NCBI GenBank assembly: GCA_030066265.1
Contig: JASJCF010000005.1
Location: forward strand, 414 to 64,413
Direction of reading: 5' to 3'
Source: Acidimicrobiia bacterium
GTDB lineage: Bacteria; Actinomycetota; Acidimicrobiia; Spongiisociales; UBA5794
Length of the DNA: 64,000 nt
Every line of letters begins with the position of its first letter. The first letter of the stretch is position 1. Below are positions 58,630 through 64,000 of the stretch, one piece after another. The notes beneath the pieces were generated by a model. It was not told the origin of the DNA and did not search any database. It saw only the letters and a list, made by a program, of their open reading frames with translations. A program made the translations under genes and the position numbers.

Positions 58630-59689
58630 CGGAGGGACCTTGATGCAGAGCCGCTACCGACACGAAGACGGCGGGATCGTCGACAGCCGCGGCGATGACG
58701 CCGCCGACAGCGCCCTTGATGTGGCGATGATGATGCACGTCCGAATCGTCGAGGGACACCTGCCTGCGTCCCCGCAAACGCGACGTGGGATCCGCTTCGC
58801 ACTTCGCAAACACGTTGACCAGCTTCCCATCGAGGTCCTCTGCGCGTGCGCGCTCGGGGAGCTCGAGGCCTGCCGAACGAATTGCCCGGTACACACCCTC
58901 GAAGTCGAGAGCATCGTGCATGACATCGTGACCGATGCGGTACCTCCCCCCGGCTCCGCGCACGTTGCCCACGACGACCGTCTGAGCCCGGTCGAGTTCG
59001 ACACCCGACGAACACGATGCCACCGACGAGTAGAGGCTCAGGTCGTGTCCGATCTGATCGGCGCCCGGCATGGGTATCTCGCCGAGCGCGACGGCGATAC
59101 CCAACGCAGAGGTGCCGTTGGACACGTTCATCGATTCGAGCGGGTCCTCGGTGTACACGGTGTGGCCGCGAGCCTTGGCGTCGTTGATCGTCTCCATCAC
59201 GAGCAGCGGCGTCTTCGTCTGGACGTAGTGCACGTCGGCAGGGTCGTCGATGCCTGCCTCGGCCATGGCACGCTGCACACCTCCGGCCACCTTTTCCACC
59301 ATGGCGGGACGGCCGATGTCTTCGGGGAGGATCACATCGCTCATGGCGTAGCCGACGGCCAGACGGGGATCGTCACCAGCGGGCGCGACATCATCGACAC
59401 GAGCGAAGACCGTGGCGTGTGGGCACAGGATGCCGTCGGTTCCCCCCGACCACACCATCGGGATCTCCGCGACCTCGGCCTCCGAGCGAGTTCCCCGCGC
59501 CATGAGGACCTCGCGGAACGCCTGATCGGCCAGGATCCGCGTGAAATCGTTGACACCGCCATTGCCTTCGGTCTTGCCCACCACGGCGATCACGCCATCG
59601 GCGTCGAAGACCCCTTCGTCGATCGCCTCGGACAAGCCCGAAGCGTCGCTCACACTCTCGAGCACGACCTTCCGTACCTCGATGGCCAT
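58592..59689 (-). CDS. Ring-opening amidohydrolase of the barbiturase / cyanuric acid amidohydrolase (AtzD/TrzD) family
   Basis: [49 protein letters not shown] and [14 protein letters not shown], i.e. the repeated Ser/Lys-containing motifs of this family. ATG 59689 with SD gggagatg. Confidence 0.85.
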   Translation of the reverse strand: MAIEVRKVVLESVSDASGLSEAIDEGVFDADGVIAVVGKTEGNGGVNDFTRILADQAFREVLMARGTRSEAEVAEIPMVWSGGTDGILCPHATVFARVDDVAPAGDDPRLAVGYAMSDVILPEDIGRPAMVEKVAGGVQRAMAEAGIDDPADVHYVQTKTPLLVMETINDAKARGHTVYTEDPLESMNVSNGTSALGIAVALGEIPMPGADQIGHDLSLYSSVASCSSGVELDRAQTVVVGNVRGAGGRYRIGHDVMHDALDFEGVYRAIRSAGLELPERARAEDLDGKLVNVFAKCEADPTSRLRGRRQVSLDDSDVHHHRHIKGAVGGVIAAAVDDPAVFVSVAALHQGPSGGGPVAAIVDLG

Positions 59690-59904
59690 CAACATCTCCC
59701 TTGCATCACTGGCCCCTGCACCGGATCCGAACCACCGAACCTCGCCAGTGAGCAACGGTGGCCACCTCCAAACCTACGCGAAGGCACCGGGATCGGAGGG
59801 CCTCGAGTCTCGAGATCGCAAGGGCTCGCGAAATGAGCATCGAGTCTCGCGCGCCGAGTTGACGCGTCGCCGCCCAATCGGGGACGCACCTCCAGGTGAC
59901 ACCG

Positions 59905-61572
59905 TCAGTCGAGCACGGCGCCGGACTCGGCGGAGCCGACCAACTTCGCATACTTCGCGAGGGCGCCCGTCGTGTACCGGGGCTCGACCGGAGCCAGATG
60001 GGCAAGCCGATCTTCCATGACATCGACATCCACCAGGACGTCCAACGTGCGGTTCGGGATGTCGACCCGGATGGTGTCCCCGTCCTCGACCAGCCCGATC
60101 GGGCCACCGTGGGCGGCCTCGGGGGCGACGTGACCGATGCACAAGCCCGTGGTCCCGCCGGAGAAGCGGCCATCGGTGATGAGCAGGACGTCCTTACCGA
60201 GTCCGGCACCCTTGATCGCGGCTGTGATGGCGAGCATCTCGCGCATGCCGGGGCCGCCCTTGGGGCCCTCGTAGCGGATCACGACGACATCGCCCGGGTG
60301 CAGGTCATGCCCCCAGAGCGCCTCGAGTGCGTGCTGCTCATCGTCGAAGACGCGCGCTCGCCCTTCGAATACGTCGAACTCGACGCCCGCAGTCTTGACG
60401 ACGGCACCGCCAGGGGCCAGAGACCCGCGAAGGATCGCAATCCCGCCCTGGTCCGCCAGCGGATGATCGATCGATGCAACGACATCCTGATCGTGCGGTG
60501 TGCTCACGTCGGTCAGGTTCTCGGCCATCGTGCGGCCGGTCACCGTCGGCACGTCACCGTGGATCAATCCGGCGTTCAACAGCTCGCGCAACACCACCGG
60601 AACTCCGCCGATCCGATCCAGATCGACCATGTGGTACCGACCGAACGGCTTCATGTCTCCGATGTGAGGCGTCCGACGCGAGATGCGATCGAAGTCCTCG
60701 AGCGTGAGATCCACACCTGCTTCATGGGCGATCGCCAGCAGATGGAGGACGGCGTTGGTCGAGCCCCCCAACGCCATGACCACGGTGATCGCATTCTCGA
60801 ACGCCTGCCGAGTCATGATGTCTCTCGGCCTGACACCTGACTCGAGCAGCCGGACCGCTGCAGCGCCCGAGGCACGCGCATAGTCGTCCAAACGGGCATC
60901 GACCGCCGGGACCGACGCCGATCCCGGGAGAGACATCCCGATCGCCTCGCCCACCGAGGCCATCGTGTTGGCCGTGAACATGCCTGCGCATGATCCAGCG
61001 CCTGGGCAGGCATTCTGCTCGAGCTCCAAGAGGCGATCGTCGCTGATGCGGCCCTCCGAATGGGCGCCGATGCCTTCGAACACATCGACGATGGAGATGT
61101 CGACGCCGTCGACCGTGCCAGGCAAGCTCGACCCCCCGTAGAGGAACACCGACGGGAGATTGTGACGCGCTGCTGCCATCAGCATCCCCGGGAGCGACTT
61201 GTCGCAGCCGGCGATCGACACCATCGCGTCAAACCGCTCGGCATGCATCACGAGCTCGACGGAATCAGCGATCGTCTCTCGCGAGACGAGCGACGCACGC
61301 ATCCCCTCGTGTCCCATGGAGATGCCGTCCGACACGGCGATGGTTGCGAACTCGAGACCGACGGCCCCGGCCTCGCGGACGCCCACCTTGGCGAAGCCGG
61401 CGAGCTTGGGGCCGGTCACGTTGCACGGCGTGACTTCGTTTCCTGCCGACACGACGCCGACCTGGGGCTTGTCGAAGTCGTCCTCGCCGAGGCCGACGGC
61501 CCGCAGCATGGCGCGCGCCCCCGCCCGAGAGGGACCGATCGTGACGTCCTGGGAGTGGATCTTGTTGGCCAT
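59905..61572 (-). CDS. ilvD: Dihydroxy-acid dehydratase
   Basis: ...[12 protein letters not shown]...[10 protein letters not shown]...TDGRFSGGT... in 555 aa. Confidence 0.95.
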   Translation of the reverse strand: MANKIHSQDVTIGPSRAGARAMLRAVGLGEDDFDKPQVGVVSAGNEVTPCNVTGPKLAGFAKVGVREAGAVGLEFATIAVSDGISMGHEGMRASLVSRETIADSVELVMHAERFDAMVSIAGCDKSLPGMLMAAARHNLPSVFLYGGSSLPGTVDGVDISIVDVFEGIGAHSEGRISDDRLLELEQNACPGAGSCAGMFTANTMASVGEAIGMSLPGSASVPAVDARLDDYARASGAAAVRLLESGVRPRDIMTRQAFENAITVVMALGGSTNAVLHLLAIAHEAGVDLTLEDFDRISRRTPHIGDMKPFGRYHMVDLDRIGGVPVVLRELLNAGLIHGDVPTVTGRTMAENLTDVSTPHDQDVVASIDHPLADQGGIAILRGSLAPGGAVVKTAGVEFDVFEGRARVFDDEQHALEALWGHDLHPGDVVVIRYEGPKGGPGMREMLAITAAIKGAGLGKDVLLITDGRFSGGTTGLCIGHVAPEAAHGGPIGLVEDGDTIRVDIPNRTLDVLVDVDVMEDRLAHLAPVEPRYTTGALAKYAKLVGSAESGAVLD

Positions 61573-61654
61573 CTCACCAGCGTACCGGCTGGCCCGATCC
61601 AGGGGGATGGACCGAGGTGACTAGTGAGGGAGCGACCGTAGTCTGGCTCCCACG

Positions 61655-62692
61655 ATGTCCCAGATCACCGAGACATTCCCGGAGATCCCACGCGTCGAAC
61701 CCCCCGAGCAGCCGAAACGGCGTCGTTGGAGCTTCGCGCAGAGAGCCGTCATCTTCCTCCTGTCGATGATGGTCATCGCCGCGTTCGGCGTATACGGCTT
61801 CCTCCGATACACCGAGGGCAAGATCGACCGGATCGCCGCCAGTGACCTGACCTCGCTCGAGCCCGTTGCAGCAGGTGGTGGAGCGCCCGTGAACTTCCTC
61901 CTGGTCGGTGTCGATGATCGATCGACCTTGCCGGACGACTGGGACGACACCTTCGGCGAGTTCGCGGGCCGCCGCACCGACGTCATCATGATCGCCCACC
62001 TCGTGCCGGGGAGGAGCATCCAGATGGTCAGCGTCCCGCGCGACTGGAAGGCATCGATCCCCGGGCATGGCACCAATCGCATCAACGCCGCGTACGTCCT
62101 CGGAGGGCCCGATCTCCTCGTCCAGACCGTCCAATCCGAGACCGGCATCCCGATCAACCACTATGTCGAGATCGACTTCGCCGGTGTCGGTGCCATCGTC
62201 GACTCCCTCGGCGGGGTGACCCTCGACTTCACCTACCCGGGCAGGGACCTGAAGTCCGGATTCCAGATCGACGCCGGGCGGCACACCCTCGACGGGGAGC
62301 AGGCGGTCGCCTATTCACGATCCCGTAAGTACCAGGAGCTTCGCAACGGAGAGTGGGTCTCGTCACGAGGTGGTGACATCGCAAGGACGGGCCGCCAGCA
62401 GGAGATCCTCATGGCACTGTTCGCCCAGGTCACGTCTCCGTCCGCTGCGTTCAACCTCGCGAGCTTCCTCCCCACCTTTGCCGACCAGATCTCAGCTGAC
62501 GAAGGGCTCACCCTCGGCCTCATGGCCGATCTTGGCAGGGACGCCCTGACCCTCGACTCCCGCTCGATCGATGCCAGGACGCTCCCGGTCGAGAACAGCA
62601 AGGGATCCGACGGACGGGCCTACGTCGTTCCGATCGACACCACGCAGTCCTTCATCGACGCCTTCATCGCAGGCGACCCCTTCCCCGGCTGA
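61655..62692 (+). CDS. LytR-CpsA-Psr (LCP) family protein
   Basis: An N-terminal TM segment, then NFLLVGVDDR...RTDVIMIAHL...VSVPRD...INAAY...VEIDFAG...LDGEQAVAYSRSR. Confidence 0.9.
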   Translation: MSQITETFPEIPRVEPPEQPKRRRWSFAQRAVIFLLSMMVIAAFGVYGFLRYTEGKIDRIAASDLTSLEPVAAGGGAPVNFLLVGVDDRSTLPDDWDDTFGEFAGRRTDVIMIAHLVPGRSIQMVSVPRDWKASIPGHGTNRINAAYVLGGPDLLVQTVQSETGIPINHYVEIDFAGVGAIVDSLGGVTLDFTYPGRDLKSGFQIDAGRHTLDGEQAVAYSRSRKYQELRNGEWVSSRGGDIARTGRQQEILMALFAQVTSPSAAFNLASFLPTFADQISADEGLTLGLMADLGRDALTLDSRSIDARTLPVENSKGSDGRAYVVPIDTTQSFIDAFIAGDPFPG

Positions 62693-62734
62693 CGCAGCCC
62701 ACCTGCAACGGCCACCACGGCAGCGGCCTCGGCT

Positions 62735-63913
62735 TCAGCGGTTCGACAGGATCTCGTCCAGGGCCTGCGCGAGCAGATCGATCTCGCCCGTCGTGTTGTA
62801 GGCGTGCACCGAGACGCGGAGCATCTCGGAGATCTCGCGACGGTTCATGTCGATGGGTGCAGACGAGGCACCGGTCACCGAGACGTTGATGGCACGCCGA
62901 CGCAGGGCGTTGCGGACCGAAGTGGCGTCCGCACCCTGCAACTCCACCGTCACGATGCCACCGGTCACGTCTCCGAGGTCGCGGACCGATGCCCCCGGAA
63001 TCGATCCGAGCGTGCGTCGTGCGTGAGCTGCCAGCTCTCGAATCCGCTGCCAGATCGGGTCGATGCCGATGTCGAGTGCGTACCGGGCTGCGGAACCGAA
63101 TCCGGCGATGGCGGCGTAGTTCTTCTCCCACGTCTCGAATCGGCGGCGATCTGAGCGAAGTTCGATGCTGTGAGGACCGACGTCGGCCGTCTCGAGTTCG
63201 ACGAGCGGCGGACGAATGCGCTCCCGGATTTCGGGTGCGACGTAGAGAAAGCCGACACCTCTGGGCCCTCGGAGGTACTTGCGAGATGTCCCGGAGAGCA
63301 GGTCGCAACCGATCGCTCCCACATCGATCGGGATCTGGCCGACCGTCTGACACGCATCGAGGAGAAACGGGATGCCATGCTCTCCAGCCACCCGGCCGAT
63401 CTCGGTGACGGGATTGACGAGGCCGCCGTTGGTCGGCATGTGGTTGACGGCGATCAACGCGACCCGTTCGTCGACCATCGCCTCGAGCGCTGCGACATCC
63501 AACGCCCCGGATGCGGTGTCAGGGACCACTTCGACTCGCACGCCCACCCGGTTGCGGACGTCGAGGAATGCTGCGAGGTTGGATGCGTACTCCGACGTCG
63601 TCGTGAGGATGCGATCTCCCGCAGACCACGGCATGCCGTAGAACGCCATGTCCCAAGCACGAGTCGCATTGTCCGACAGCGAAACCGTGGAGGAATCGGT
63701 GCCGATGAGCTCGGCCACGGCTTCGTACGCCCCGCTGATGCGATGCGCCATGGCATCACGGGTCTCGTAGCCGCCGTGGGCCGCCTCATGGTGGAGGTAG
63801 TCCACCACCGCATCGACGACCGGAGCCGGCATCAGCGCTGCGCCGGCGTTGTTCAGATGGGTGACCGTCTCGACTCCGGGGGTGTCGAGCCTCAGCCGGT
63901 CGACATCGATCAC
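62735..63913 (-). CDS. Class-V aminotransferase-fold PLP enzyme (cysteine-desulfurase-like)
   Basis: HLNNAGAALMP...FLLDACQTVGQIPIDV...SGTSRKYLRGPRGVGFLYV. The GTG start overlaps the upstream stop (GTGA). Confidence 0.85.
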   Translation of the reverse strand: MIDVDRLRLDTPGVETVTHLNNAGAALMPAPVVDAVVDYLHHEAAHGGYETRDAMAHRISGAYEAVAELIGTDSSTVSLSDNATRAWDMAFYGMPWSAGDRILTTTSEYASNLAAFLDVRNRVGVRVEVVPDTASGALDVAALEAMVDERVALIAVNHMPTNGGLVNPVTEIGRVAGEHGIPFLLDACQTVGQIPIDVGAIGCDLLSGTSRKYLRGPRGVGFLYVAPEIRERIRPPLVELETADVGPHSIELRSDRRRFETWEKNYAAIAGFGSAARYALDIGIDPIWQRIRELAAHARRTLGSIPGASVRDLGDVTGGIVTVELQGADATSVRNALRRRAINVSVTGASSAPIDMNRREISEMLRVSVHAYNTTGEIDLLAQALDEILSNR

Positions 63914-64000
63914 GGGGTGACCCGTCCTTCCATCCCGCCGGCGACCACCACCACCTGGCCGGTCTGATGTGAGCTGACCGTGTCCGATGCCAGCACCAGC
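63910..64000 (-). CDS. Short-chain dehydrogenase/reductase, 3' fragment (gene starts beyond window end)
   Basis: Reverse translation gives ...LVLASDTVSSHQTGQVVVVAGGMEGRVTP-stop, which matches the SDR C-terminal LASD..S..TGQ...V.GG pattern. Confidence 0.55.
   Translation of the reverse strand, partial: LVLASDTVSSHQTGQVVVVAGGMEGRVTP

Overview
High-GC, actinobacterial-type chromosomal segment (GC not computed; the phylum call is an inference from gene content such as actinobacterial-style lgt/lnt, an LCP protein, trHbO and ArsR-AHSA1 pairs). It is densely packed with about 60 protein-coding genes. I recognised no rRNA, tRNA, CRISPR array, transposase or integrase. The ORF track counts GTG/TTG as starts and often over-extends N-termini, so I re-set many starts using SD sequences, lipoboxes and stop/start overlaps.

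Main content:
- A large secreted GH88-like protein with nine DUF5011 repeats.
- Lipoprotein genes lgt and, further along, lnt.
- A P-type Ca-ATPase preceded by an RDD protein.
- A CopC-CopD fusion.
- An aapJQMP-type amino-acid ABC operon, split by an opposite-strand four-helix-bundle (23S-IVS/Avd-family) gene flanked by short tandem repeats.
- An unusually complete purine cluster: purA-D-E-B, purC-S-Q-L and purF-M, with guest genes between the blocks.
- Housekeeping genes including ilvD, an LCP protein, an IMPase and aminotransferases.

Most interesting observations:
1. A tightly coupled 10-gene minus-strand operon (48751-59689). It combines a barbiturase/cyanuric-acid-hydrolase-family enzyme, an FdrA/DUF1116/DUF2877 (AllFGH-like) trio, a three-subunit molybdenum hydroxylase, an unknown protein and a Cys-less thiolase-fold/DUF35 pair. 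I interpret it as a candidate, apparently undescribed, oxidative pyrimidine / N-heterocycle catabolic system.
2. A SelW/Rdx-family gene whose CxxU redox motif is hidden by an in-frame TGA, making it a probable selenoprotein with a downstream hairpin.
3. An Lnt homologue whose nucleophile Cys is replaced by Ser.
4. Two families of dispersed intergenic repeats. One is heptamer/octamer tandem-repeat modules. The other is a ~50-nt palindrome that supplies the C-terminal 'SVLA-stop' of three unrelated genes and brackets a DUF559 gene.
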